A stretch of DNA of 64,000 bases from assembly GCA_964016885.1 (NCBI GenBank), contig OZ024741.1, positions 59,644,001-59,708,000 on the forward strand, written 5' to 3'. Below the pieces are notes generated by a model. It saw only the letters and a list, made by a program, of their open reading frames with translations. It was not told where the DNA came from and did not search any database. This DNA comes from Eledone cirrhosa (taxonomy: Eukaryota). This document shows, in pieces, positions 28,905 to 41,347 of the stretch. Each line of letters opens with the position of its first letter. The first letter of the stretch is position 1. The position numbers were made by a program, and so were the translations under genes.

Positions 28905-29345
28905 TCTACTTGATGAATCCGCAGTTAGCTTCGATGAATACTTAAAAGAAAAACGGTGTGAAATTTTAGCATGCCCGAATCATATAATGTCAATCTATTT
29001 TGGACATTGCGCTAGTTTTAGGGCACTTCAGTTATTTATAATATTGTAGAGGACTTGAGTGACTTGTCTCACGACAACGCTTCATAGCAGTAATCCAACG
29101 GATTCATGTCTGGAGAGCTAGGTTGTCATATGTTTGGGGTAACGAGATAGTGGAGATTGTAACCCATCCGTTATGGGTCGTTTTAGTCTTATGAAACGGC
29201 GCAGAATCGTGTTGATAGATGTACAGCTTTCCTTTGTTCACGCCCTACATCCAATGTCTCAAAACTCTCTCCAGTACTTCCAGAAAGTCAGCAATATTGA
29301 CCCTTAAGGCCTGAGAAAAGAAGTGAACAGGAATGCTGAGGTTGA
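28905..29345 (-). mobile_element. Second maT/DD37D-like Tc1/mariner transposase remnant
   Basis: Minus strand reads YIYQHDSAPFHK, PSSPDMNPLDY and IEANCGFIK. Related to 6190-6990. Confidence 0.7.
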
Positions 29346-29705
29346 AGTGCACATGTCACCACCGAGATTGGCGTCGGCTAGCCACATGTAACATAAGATT
29401 TTAACTGATATGATATTAATATTAGCTAGCACTGCATAGATAACATTGCTTCCAATACGACACATTGCCGTGAAGTGTAGAGGAGGCTTAACGGCAACAA
29501 TCTCGATGATGTTATGAAAAACTTAACCTCAGGAACAGTTAAAATCTACAGATGCTACATTTATGGTCGCGAATACAGAACCCAACTAGGTCTGATCTCA
29601 CACATGCACTCGCATATCTGAAGAAGTTAACAGGGGAATTGCATAGATAATTCAGCCGGCTAAGGTGTGGTCAACATGATATATATATATATATATGTAT
29701 TATAC

Positions 29706-29789
<84 letters not shown>

Positions 29790-29802
29790 TATATTATATA
29801 TA

Positions 29803-29843
<41 letters not shown>

Positions 29844-29851
29844 TATTATAT

Positions 29852-29899
<48 letters not shown>

Positions 29900-29945
29900 A
29901 TAGTATATATATTATATATATATATAATATATATATATATATTAT

Positions 29946-30014
<69 letters not shown>

Positions 30015-30032
30015 TATATATTTATATATATA

Positions 30033-30063
<31 letters not shown>

Positions 30064-30130
30064 AATATATATATATATATATTATATATATATAATATAT
30101 ATATGTATAATATATATATATATATATATA

Positions 30131-32488
30131 GTTTTGCGAGGTTTTTTATATGAACTCGTGTGTCGAAACAAATATTGTTATACTTGGGGAGGGTCATATT
30201 TGTGTAATATTGCCAGAATTAAAAACAGAACACACACACTGTTTGGTTGGTTTTCGCTTTTCGCTTCTGTGTCTTTTATATCAGTAATCAAATTTATGCG
30301 GTCCTCAATCTTGCCATTGACTGACCAACGGTCAAAAATAATACAGATACAATATAGACACAAACACATATATATAGTTTATCAAAGTTCTTTCGTTGCA
30401 CATCTGCAACATCGTCAGTGGTGCTATAGATTCCTCCCGTTGCATTGTATTTCTACGCCATCTTTATTTAGTCTGTTTAAATATTTGTTTATTTATTTGT
30501 TTGTTTGTTTATTTTATTTTGTCTTCTTTGCGCATGCGTTTGCGTGTGTGTATAGTGTTTTGTTTGATGTGTTCATGATTGGGTGACTGTGTATTGGTTA
30601 ATGTGTTCTATGTTTACTAGTGTGTGTTTATATGTGTTTGTTGTTATTGTGCTTGTGTATGTATTTATTTATTTATTTATCTATTTATTTATACTTCTCT
30701 TAGGTCAGTGTTGTTTGTTTGGGTGTTGTTATTCCATTCATTCTTTTTGTTTAGTCTTTGCCTTCTAAGTTCTATTCCACTGGCCTCTCTGATTTGCCTA
30801 TCTGCTGGGTCATTTCTATGTTTAGATATTATTCTAATTTCTATGTTGTCTATGTTACCGTCGTGTTGTTGTCTGGCATGTTCGTATAGTACTGACCCGT
30901 TTTTTCGTCCCTTTAGTTCCCCCCAGTGTTGGTCTATCCTTTCACCTATGCTACGAGCTGTTTCGCCTATGTATGTTGTTGTCATGTTTCTGCAAGTACC
31001 CTCTGTACATCTTATGCTATAGACTACGTTTCTAGTTTTACAGTTTATCCGGCGGTTTACCTTACATATGATACAAATACCTGATACTCAAAAACTCAGC
31101 AATGTCCAGTAGTGCTAAGTTTAATATTCTGATCCCAGACGTGGTAAGAGTGATGAAGAATGTGTCCCGCATGTGCGACCCAACAGAAATGGAAAGACAC
31201 ATCCAACACTTCATCAACCGCATGCAGTTCTCTGGCTACAACCAAAGAGACAAAGTCAGAGTATACGAAGGAGCCATGGAGAAGTATAAGAACCTCATAG
31301 AACTGAACATGAAAGGAATTTGCCCATTATACAGGAGCAAATCCTGGAATAGCTTAGATAGGGCTAGACATAAGATAGGGAAAGCCACCTCATGGTACGA
31401 CAACCAGAGATACCAGAGTGTCATGTTTGTGGATACTACCCCTGGAGGAAAATTAGCTAACCAGTGTAGAAAGGCCCTGAGAAAGACCCACTTAAAGATT
31501 AAGGTGGTAGAAAAGCCAGGAACCACCATAAAATCCCTGATCAGCAAAACCTACCCTTTTAAGAAAACCCACTGTACTAATAGGAAGTGTATCATATGTA
31601 AGGTAAACCCCCGGATAAACTGTAAAACTAGAAACGTAGTCTATAGCATAAAATGTACAGAGGGTACTTGTAGAAACATGACAACAACATAGGCGAAACA
31701 GCTCGTAGCATAGGTGAAAGGATAGACCAACACTGGGGGGAACTAAAAGGACGAAAAAACGGGTCAGTACTATACGAACATGCCAGACAACAACACGACG
31801 GTAACATAGACAACATAGAAATTAGAATAATATCTAAACATAGAAATGACCCAGCAGATAGGCAGATCAGAGAGGCCAGTGAAATAGAACTTAGAAGGCC
31901 AAGACTAAACAGAAAGAATGAATGGAATAACAACAACACCCAAACAAACAACACTGACCTAAGAGAAGTATAAATAAATAGATAGATAAATAAATAAATA
32001 AATACATACACAAGCACAATAACAACAAACACATATAAACACACACTAGTAAACATAGAACACATTAACCAATACACAGTCACCCAATCACGAACACACA
32101 TCAAACAAAACACTATCCACACACGCAAACGCATGCGCAAAGAAGACAAAATAAAATAAACAAACAAATAAATAAATAAATATATAAACAGAATAAATAA
32201 AGATGACGTAGAAATACAATACAGCGGGAGGAATGTATAGCACCACTGACGATGTTGCAGATGTGTAACGAAAGAAATTTGATAAACTATATATATGTGT
32301 TTGTGTCTATATTGTATCTGTATTATTTTTGACCGTTGGTCAGTCAATGGCAACATTGAGGACCGCATAAATTTGATTACCGATATGAAAGACATAGAAG
32401 CGAAAAGCGAAAACCAACCAAATAGTGAGTGTGTTCTGTTATCAATTCTGGCAATATTACACAAATATGTCCCTCCCCAAGTATAACA

Positions 32489-32491
<3 letters not shown>
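30131..32491 (+). mobile_element. 5'-truncated PLE (family C) with a ~0.9-kb inverted duplication
   Basis: The plus strand carries the thumb and GIY-YIG (MQFSGY, MFVDTTPGG, C..C..CKTRNVVYSIKC, GETARSIGERIDQH). 30171-31075 and 31588-32491 are inverted repeats around a 512-bp spacer. TA tracts on both sides. Confidence 0.9.
32241..32285 (+). ncRNA. Hammerhead-like motif (family C), with copies at 30380-30423 (-) and 48097-48137 (+)
   Basis: CTGACGA-T-GTTGCA-GATG-TG(C/T)AAC-GAAA is conserved in three copies. Helices I and III are weak. Confidence 0.55.
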
Positions 32492-32522
<31 letters not shown>

Positions 32523-32638
32523 TGAGATGGATAAATAGATAAATATGTATACGTACACACATGCATACATACAAACATTCATACATACATAAATACACAC
32601 ATACATGTACACTTATATATGTGTTTGTGTGTGCTTCT

Positions 32639-32671
<33 letters not shown>

Positions 32672-32950
32672 TACAAATAAATGATTATGTATTATTGTGA
32701 AACATACGTCAAAGCTCTATAGTAAAAATGATACATGGCGTTAGCTGTCGTATCTTCTCGTAATTTTCTATTATATTTTAGTCCATTGTATATATATTTT
32801 TAGATATATAGTGTATATTCTTTAAATATGTACTGTATGTTTTTCAGCTAAATTCACCAACGCAGAGGGGAGGAACGGCATTGTTTGATGTTTTTCCATG
32901 TTTATATTTCTAATACTGAGAATTTATGATTTATGCTTCGAGCACCTTTC

Positions 32951-32951
<1 letters not shown>

Positions 32952-32981
<30 letters not shown>

Positions 32982-33008
32982 CTTCTTCTTCTTCTTCTTC
33001 CCCCTACT

Positions 33009-33055
<47 letters not shown>

Positions 33056-33080
33056 TTGCTGCTGTTGCTGCTACTACTTA
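32952..33080. repeat. (CTT)n and (CTA)n trinucleotide repeats
   Basis: Directly visible. Confidence 0.95.
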
Positions 33081-33663
33081 ATTCGGGAAGTATATTTCTT
33101 TTCAATAATTTCATTTCTGAATATTTATTGTTTTATTTAATTGTTTTATATATATATATATATATTCTTTTTAACCTACTTGAAGATATTTGTATCATCA
33201 TGTTTAGACATAATAAACGAAAATGAGAGAGTATTTCTCGATAAATCATGTAATATTTTTCTAGATGTATAGTGCACGGAAAGTGTATGTAAAGTGCACA
33301 TAAATTTCACTAGGATTTGTAAAATCTATTATTTTGCGTTCTTTTATAACGTATCGCTGTATATTGGACTATATCCAGAAGTAGGAAGAACTTAAAGAAA
33401 TATTTATTTTGATAGTTAAATCATTTTTTGTTTGAATGTTCATTATATATTTGCTCTAATCTGTGAGGATGTCATACAAAATTATTGGCTCTTTATATTT
33501 TATCTGTTTATTTCACATGAAACAATTTTTTGTTTACTAGGAAAGTTATGTGTACTTGTGTACTTGAGTGTTTAACTGTAGCTATAATTACACACACACA
33601 CACACACAAACACACACTCACACACAAACACAACACACAGAGCCATACACACATCTCTTTCTT

Positions 33664-33725
<62 letters not shown>

Positions 33726-33732
33726 CGCACAA

Positions 33733-33775
<43 letters not shown>

Positions 33776-33884
33776 GGCCGGCCGTCGCGGAAACATCAGG
33801 AAAAGAAAATCTTTTTCGGGGAAATTATTGGATTTTTCCATATTTAAAGGTTTAATAGGAACTCTCAATGTTGGTTATAGGTTT

Positions 33885-33945
33885 TGCTACCTAAAGAGCT
33901 CAGGCTATCTAAACTGATAGTCCTCAGTGAAATGTGTATAACGAA
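33885..33945 (+). ncRNA. Degenerate hammerhead in a probable solo pLTR
   Basis: CTAAAGA, a paired helix II GCTCAGGCTATC/GATAGTCCTCAGT, GAAATGTGTATA and a downstream AATAAA. The core is mutated. Confidence 0.4.
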
Positions 33946-34109
33946 TTTTAAATAAACCTGAATTAACTGAATATGGCTTCCAATCTTTTATTACTATATA
34001 ATGCTCCGTCTTATACCATTTACACAGGTCATTGAGAGCTTCTTTTTATCTGCTTCACAACCGACGATAATGTGATCAGCTCACCCCTGTTCTGTTAACC
34101 CTATACTTT

Positions 34110-35860
34110 AATAAGCACAAAAACATCCCAAAAGTGCAATTTGGGAGACTGCAGCAGTCCTACATACCAGGAAAAAATGTCGCAATGCTGAACGGGAATA
34201 GAAATTGCATAAATCAGCTATCAACAGAAAAAGAAAGCGCAAGAAATCATCCAACCATCTCAAGCAGGTGACAAAGAAGGCAGTGCTAGAATTTGAGCAG
34301 CGCATAGCAACCAGCCCTAACAGTAAGGTGTTCTAGAAATACGTACATTCAAAGCAGAGACCTCACTCTCCAGTTGGTCCTCTTCTCAATCCCCACACAA
34401 GCCAGATTACTGACGATCCTAATGAATGCGCAGAACTCATTGCTGAATGCTATGCAGACATTTTCACTGTTGAAAACCAAAATGTACCATCTCCACCATC
34501 TCTGACATCAAATTATATAACAACTATGGCATTTACACCTGCAATGCTTCGACGTCACATTAAGAATAAGCGCAACTATTCCTCTCCTAGTCTTGATGGC
34601 GTTACGTACCTGCTTCTCAAACGTGGTGGGTACTTTCTTCTGCACCAGCCTTCACTTGCCTTTCAATTATGTCTTAACAACGGTGCTACTCTGGAGTAGT
34701 AGAAAACTGCCAGTGTTATTCCTCTGTTCAAAAAGGGTGACCGCACGTCGCCTGTCAACTATCGTCCAGTCAGTCTTACTAGCTACATTGGAATCCTGTG
34801 TCAGAGAAACACTCTGGAACTTCTGGAATTCTGACTGCCTTATTCGGCCCTCGCAATTTGGATTTATCCCTAACTCCAGCTTCTGTGATCAACTTATCGA
34901 GTCTCTTGAAGACATTATCCGGATCACTGATGGCGGTTCATGGGTGAATGTTCTTTACCTTGACTTTGCTAAAGCTTTTAATTCTGTGCCACCCAAAAGA
35001 CTTATGGCAAAACTCTCTGCATTGGGTGTGAGGGATGGTCTTTTTAACTGGTTGAAGTCCTCCATTCTCAGTCGGAAAGAAATAGGTTCTAGGACAGCAT
35101 TCCTCACCTTATGAGATGTAATCTGGTGTACCGCAGGGATCTGTTCTTGGTCCACTCTAAAATTGTCAAGAAGGCTGAGGGTGTCTTGGCATCACTCAGC
35201 AAAACCTTTGTCAGTCGCTCTCCAGCTAACTATTTAAATCTGTAACAATGAAGGTGTGGTAAAATACCAGGAGGACCATAACGCACCAGAGTACTCAATA
35301 CTTAGGGTAGTAGAGTGGGTAATAAACCCCGATGGCTGATACGATCTAGCTTTCGAAACGGCCGTTGGGGTCCTGACTCTTTTCCTATTTAAATCTGTAT
35401 ATAACTATCGTGCAACCACCCTTGGAATTTGCATCACCAGTCTGTAACCCCTATCTTGCTCAGAACATTGACCTCCTGGAAATTGTTCAGAGACATGCAA
35501 CCAAGCGAATACCCTCCCTCAGGCATCTACCATACTCTGAACGGAATGCTTCCCTGGGCATGGATACATTGAAGCTCCGACGTGTGGCAACTGACTTTGC
35601 AAGCACTTACAGAATTATTAACCATCTTGCCAAAAACAACCTTGGGCACCTTTTTGAATTACATGTGTCTAACACACGTGGGCATGCCTACAAATTCAGA
35701 AAACAGCACAGCTCCCATCACTTTCGGAAACAATTTTTTCCCGCTCAGAGTTGCTGAAGCATAGAACAAACTACCTGCATCAATTGTTAGATGCTGAGAC
35801 ACTACATCCTTTAAAACTTCCATGCTTCCCGAAATTCGCCAACACTACACCTAATATCCT
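34110..35860 (+). mobile_element. Degenerate CR1/L2-type LINE ORF2 (RT)
   Basis: PLFKKGDR..NYRPVSLTS, QFGF, VLYLDFAKAFNSVP, SGVPQGSVLGPL, LEFASPVCNP, LEIVQRHATK and TRGHAYK, with stops and deletions. Confidence 0.9.
35245..35384. mobile_element. 140-bp head-to-head pLTR mini-element (family D) inserted in the LINE with a 15-bp TSD
   Basis: CTATTTAAATCTGTA occurs at 35230-35244 and 35385-35399. The body is homologous to 48454-48593 and 54105-54313 and contains GAAACGGCCGTT-GGGGT. Confidence 0.85.
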
Positions 35861-36078
35861 TTGGGAGGGTCATGATGCCAATATGAAATACATGCACCTG
35901 TTGCGTTTCGCTTCAATTTGTTATTTTAATTTCCCGGTCGACTAGTTTAATAACTGTATGGTTGTTTAATTTTTAATTTTCAAAGCATTTTCCTCACACA
36001 TACTGTGACCTCCTCAGTGACTACTACTATTGCTATTTGTGTATATATAATTGTCTGGATATCGATATTAGTTGATTA

Positions 36079-37824
36079 CACCGTGTAATATATTATATGT
36101 TCCCCAGTTCTAAATCTCAATTCCTGGTTTGTTATATCCCATTATTATAAAATAACACTATTATTTAATTAGAAGTTTGGGTTTGTGGTTAGGAGTTTGA
36201 TATTTCGAAATTTTCATATTTAAAAAAAAAAAAGCATTATTTTTAAATTTATCAGTTCATATAATTAAATCAACAGAGTATATATTTATTTTATTACACA
36301 AGCTTATCAAAAGCAAACAAGTAAAAACAAATAACACTTATAAAGCAACTTATACACGTCAGAAATGATTGGATTTTCTGGATTTGCGGTTGTAGTCCAG
36401 GTCGCATTCCCGCACTAGCCCCCAGATATAGTCCCCCATCGTTTTTTCATTGTAGTGGCCCTGGTACCTCCGCTCTATCTCTTTCACATCTTGGTGGAAT
36501 CGTTCGCCTTGTTCTTCTGAGTAGGCACCCATATTGTCCTTGAAATGTTCCAGATGAGCGTCCAGCATATGGAGTTTAAGCGACATCCTGCATCCCATGG
36601 CACCACAAGCCTCTATCAGATCCTGCACCAGTTGCTGGTAGTTTTCAGCTCTGTAGTTGCCCAAGAAGCCCTTAACAACTGCCTTGAAACAGTTCCATGC
36701 TGTTCTCTCAATCCTATTGGGCTTATTGGGGAACTCGGTAGACTCAAAATCCTTCTTTATCTGAGGTCCAACAAAAATTCCACCTTTGATTTTGGCCTCA
36801 GATAACTTGGGGAAGAACTCAAGAAGGTACTTAAAAGCGGCTGATTCTTGGTTGAGAGCCTTCACAAACTGCTTCATCAACCCCAACTTAAAGTGCAGTG
36901 GCGGCATAAGCACAATCCTGGGATGAACCAGTGGCTCCCACATGACGTTCTGGGTCCCAACTACAAATTCTGTTCGCTGCTCCCAGTTCTTTCTTCTGTA
37001 ATGGCCAGAGGTGGCTCTGCTGTCTCAAAGGCAGAGGAAGCATTTGAATTTTTTTTTGATAAAGCCTCCTTGGAGTCCAAGCAGGAAAGCACCATTTTGA
37101 AGTATCCAATGATTTCCCAATTGTACAGGTTGTAATGCAGAGCTTCCAAGAGGACTTTCACACTGTAGTAATCTTCCTTCAGGCAGACTGAATGAGCTAG
37201 GGGCAGTGTCGAGAACTTGTTTCCATTGTAGAGGAGGACAGCCTTCAAACTTGTGGTGGAGCTGTCTATAAATAGCCGCCACTCCTTGGGCACAAACAGC
37301 ACACCAATAACGTCAAACAGTCCTGGTACGTCATGGCAGAAGCAGAGGCCATCCCTAAGAGTCTAAAAGCCTGAGAAAGGTTCGTGTCGACTTCTCTGAC
37401 TTGTCACCTGCACTTCCTCCTTGACCAAGTTCCACTGCTTCATCCTGGAGACGAATGCTTAAAACACAACTTACCCTTTATTCAGGGTGCGAAAATCCAG
37501 TATCAATAAATCTCTTTAATCCACTTTTTAACAATTTTATACTTTATTGCACTTTTATAATTTTCTTTAGGTATTACTCTTTACTTTATAATTTTAATTT
37601 AACCTGAAACATATATAAAAAAATCATTTAACATAAGCAAATTAAACTTACATACAACGTAAAATCCAGCATACAAATAATTCTAGTGAATAGCTTAGAA
37701 TTTTACAAACCCAAACTTTTAACTGTTTAATAGCACTTTTTTTTAATTTATTTTGGACCTAAGTAACACAAAAAAGTGATTACAAGCCAGGAACAGAGAA
37801 AAAAATTGTTTTTGTTACACGGTG
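36079..37824 (-). mobile_element. Chapaev3-like (CMC) DNA transposon, internally deleted
   Basis: TIRs CACCGTGTAA/TTACACGGTG with a 3-bp TTA TSD. Transposase pieces WRLFIDSS..SLKAVLL, PPLHFKLGLMKQFVKAL and MSLKLHML..SEEQGERFHQD (ORFs 36961-37302 and 36359-36943). Confidence 0.85.
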
Positions 37825-37924
37825 TTATCAGTGTTGAATTTTATAATCATCGACGAACTCTGGTATAACCAAGCTTATAGTTTCCGCATCAGTTGTACCT
37901 CTCTAAGCAAGATCTGAGATTACG

Positions 37925-37953
<29 letters not shown>

Positions 37954-37955
<2 letters not shown>

Positions 37956-40167
37956 GATAACAAATTATCGTTATAGGTAATCAAGTTAGAGGTTGTGAGT
38001 ACTCTGTATTGTGGATAGTTTTAATGTACGGCGTTATTTGACTCAACAAGAGGTTTCCTTAGTTAGGTGGCAAGTTCACGGGAAATCCGATGCAGGTTAT
38101 TCTTGGAGTAATGATAGTGAAAGGGTGAAGAATAACATGGTCAACAGTACAAAAAGGGTTTTATTTACAGTATAACAATTGTTTCATTGATTAGGATGTC
38201 TAAAGGTTGATAATCACTCGAAGTTGTGTCACTCAACCGTAAATACAATGTATGCCCCATCAAATCATCGGAATAACTGACAAGATTACACTCGGTGTTT
38301 GTATTTATACAAACATATATATAGTATTTATACAAACATACATATAGTATTTATACAAACATATATATAGCGCATAACTTACATAAGGAATTTAATAACC
38401 TCCAAGGACGAATTTATAGAGAGACGATACACACCTTTTAGCTAAAAACTTAAATAATCAAAACTTGGAAAGATTACAAAAAAACTTTAGAATCTTCTTC
38501 AATAAACTAAGCCTAGGCATTACTTTCGAACTTACCTCTAAACAAATATAACTTCTTAGATGTAACACTCAACCTAAAGACAGGACTAATAGAGCCCTTC
38601 CATAAAAATAACGAAAATTTAGCATACATTAGTTAAAACTAAAACCACCCTCGCTCCATAATGAACTTCATAGCACATAGTGTATCCCTCAGAATTTCAC
38701 GCTTATCTTCTCACCCAGAGATTTTTAATGAACACGCGAACTACTATAACATAGCTTTACCTAAGGCAGGCCACAAGGAGAGGCCCAAATACATACCAGA
38801 TACAGACAACAACAATACACCTAACAACAATAACACCACCCACACCTATAGAAATAGCAAATATAGGACTAAACATAGAAATAGACAACGAGCAACAGAA
38901 ATAACTGAACCGAATACTAATATAAGGATCCCTAGGAACTATAGAAAATCCAGAGGTAGGAAATACTTGTGGTTCAATCCAATACTCAACTCCTCTATAA
39001 AAACTAACCTACCTTCTGCATTCTTTAAACTAATTGACATGCACCTGCCTAAACTTCACAAATACCATAAAATCATTAACAGAAAAACTATCAAACTATC
39101 TTACTCTACTGCAGTCAACATAGAATCACACATATATAAAATTAACTATAGAAGAATCTCTAATGAAAATAACGTACACACATACACCATAACACCAAAT
39201 ACAAAACACAAACACATAACTACATCACAACCACACACACGTCAGAACGCATCGCAACAAAACATCAACAAACCTAAATCTCAACCCATACATAACAACA
39301 TACAAAACCGCAACGGAGAACCTGCAAACTGGAAGGCCTCCAAATATAACTGCCACTTACCGGATAAGTGCCCACTACAAAATAGATGCCTGGAAGCAAA
39401 TATCGTGTACCTGTGTACTATTAATTCGGGCAACTTAGCATGGCACTAAATTTGGTTCGACGGCTGGGGAATTAAAAATAAGATGGTATGTTCACAGACA
39501 TTCTATGAAGAACCGTAGACTAGAGAACACGACAACGCTGGCCAATAACATCTGGCAGCTTAAGGATACAAACCAAGAATACAGGATTAGCTGGTCGAAA
39601 TTATCAGAAGCAAAGGCCTACAGAAATGGAATGTCCCACTGCGGACTTTGCAATATGGAGCTGTTCCATATTTTAAAGTATGACAAAATGCTGCTTAACA
39701 GCAAAATAGAACGATCAATTTTCTGTTGGCACGAAGCAGCTACTAAATTCGTAAATTTCAAACCAACATGATTCGATCCAACAATCCCATAATCCAAGCT
39801 GAACCACTCAAAGTCTATCATAATAATACATACCAACCCACTATTATTAGCTATCAACAGACCAACTAATCACTAAATCAATATCATAAATCACCTAACC
39901 TTTCTTTCACTCTCACTCCCTAAAGCCATTTCACCCCCTCCCTTGTATGCTATCCTGTATCTCTTCACCTCTCACCTAACTTCTAATTTATTAATTTATC
40001 TTTTATATGTTATTTATCATTATATTCTTTCTTCCTACTCTAACCCTCTGTGATTTAACCAATACATATGTATATATTTAATATTTATTTTCATATTAAT
40101 AGTATTTATACCCTCATCACATCTTTATACTTACACACCACTATAACTTCAAAAAACGGTTAATTTA

Positions 40168-40170
<3 letters not shown>
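37954..40170 (+). mobile_element. 5'-truncated PLE preceded by an inverted HHR-bearing pLTR
   Basis: RT from ~38410 (YRDD-like, NFLDVTLNL), ORF 38661-39449 (RISRLSS, LWFNP, KTIKLSYS, CPLQNRCL) and GIY-YIG end 39505-39771. HHR-like CCGATGA..GAAACAATTGTT at 38168-38279 (-). Confidence 0.85.
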
Positions 40171-40206
<36 letters not shown>

Positions 40207-40260
40207 ATATATATATATCAATGATATTAATAAATGGAAACTATATTTATAAAACCAAAT

Positions 40261-40323
40261 TTATTCTATTATATATATTTAAAGGGTACCAAAACTTTGG
40301 TACGCGCTCATCAGATAAAATAC
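40261..40323 (-). ncRNA. Family-A hammerhead remnant (GAAA mutated to TAAA)
   Basis: CTGATGA-GCGCGTACCA..TGGTACCCT-TTAAATATATATA-ATAGAATA. The flanks are homologous to 4320-4430. Confidence 0.6.
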
Positions 40324-40402
40324 AGTTTGTTTTATAAATATTGACATATGCAGGAAGGAGATCTTAACGGTTCAAGTTTTTCCTGGAGAGTCAGGTAAAA
40401 TT

Positions 40403-40434
40403 TGATGATGATGTTGATGACGACGATGATGATA

Positions 40435-40483
<49 letters not shown>
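40403..40483. repeat. (GAT)n repeat
   Basis: Directly visible. Confidence 0.95.
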
Positions 40484-40484
<1 letters not shown>

Positions 40485-40587
40485 ATATATATATATAAAG
40501 AATCACACTAGCAAACGAAGTGTATGATAAAGTTGTATCGATATAAATACAGTGTGAACGGGTATGAATATATATACATAGCAAATA

Positions 40588-41347
40588 CTAGCAGATTTAC
40601 CCGGCGTTGCCCGGGGTTTGAAATTATGCTAAGAATATACAGCTAGGAAGTAAAAGAAGAAAATTATTTATCCCCAACTTGTCAAAATAAGCAGAAGTCT
40701 TCAATAATTAATGCAAACGAAAATTTACTGCAATCTTTGTACACATAAAACTATGCTGATAATGAAGGAAAATTTTTTTAAAACTGATTTCTTCATTGTA
40801 ATAATAGTTTTTTTTTATAAATTCACAATATCTTAGAAGCATAGATAATGTCTGCCTCAAATGTGGACGAAATTATTTTAAAAATGTAAAAGTTGTAGGT
40901 CCCAACGGTTTCAATGGAAAGTTCCATAAGGATTGTTTTTAGATTTATTTCTCCCTTACAGCATACACTTTAGAAAAAATAATCTTCTTGTATTACCTCG
41001 ACGGCATAGGCAATGCCTGCCTCACATTTGGTAAAAAAGGCTCGAAAAATGTAAAAGTAATTGCAACTTTTAATTTGCATGGAAAATCCCATAAGGATTT
41101 TGTCTTCATTGTTATCTCCCTTACACCATACACTTTAAAAAAAATAATTTGGCAATCGATAATCTTGCTATTGATTTTTTATTGCTCAACGTGGGTCGAT
41201 TTGAAAAAAGATTTGTGATGTGACCATCTTAGCGACAGGTGCAACGTGCACATAAAATTTGGTCAAATTCGGTTGGGAATTGTAAAAGCCTTAGGTGTCC
41301 AAATTTGTACACAGACACACACACATCCTCGCTTTTATATATATAGA
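40588..41347 (-). mobile_element. Non-autonomous Helitron, 760 bp
   Basis: The minus strand begins TCTATATATATAAAA and ends CTAG. A subterminal GC hairpin CCCGG-N6-CCGGG lies at 40600-40615. Inserted between A and T with no TSD. Confidence 0.85.

Noticed and set aside
31628-32578. 316-aa hydrophobic ORF and its mirror ORFs at 30134-31022
   Set aside because: They are the antisense reading of the A/C-rich PLE 3' region, not membrane proteins.
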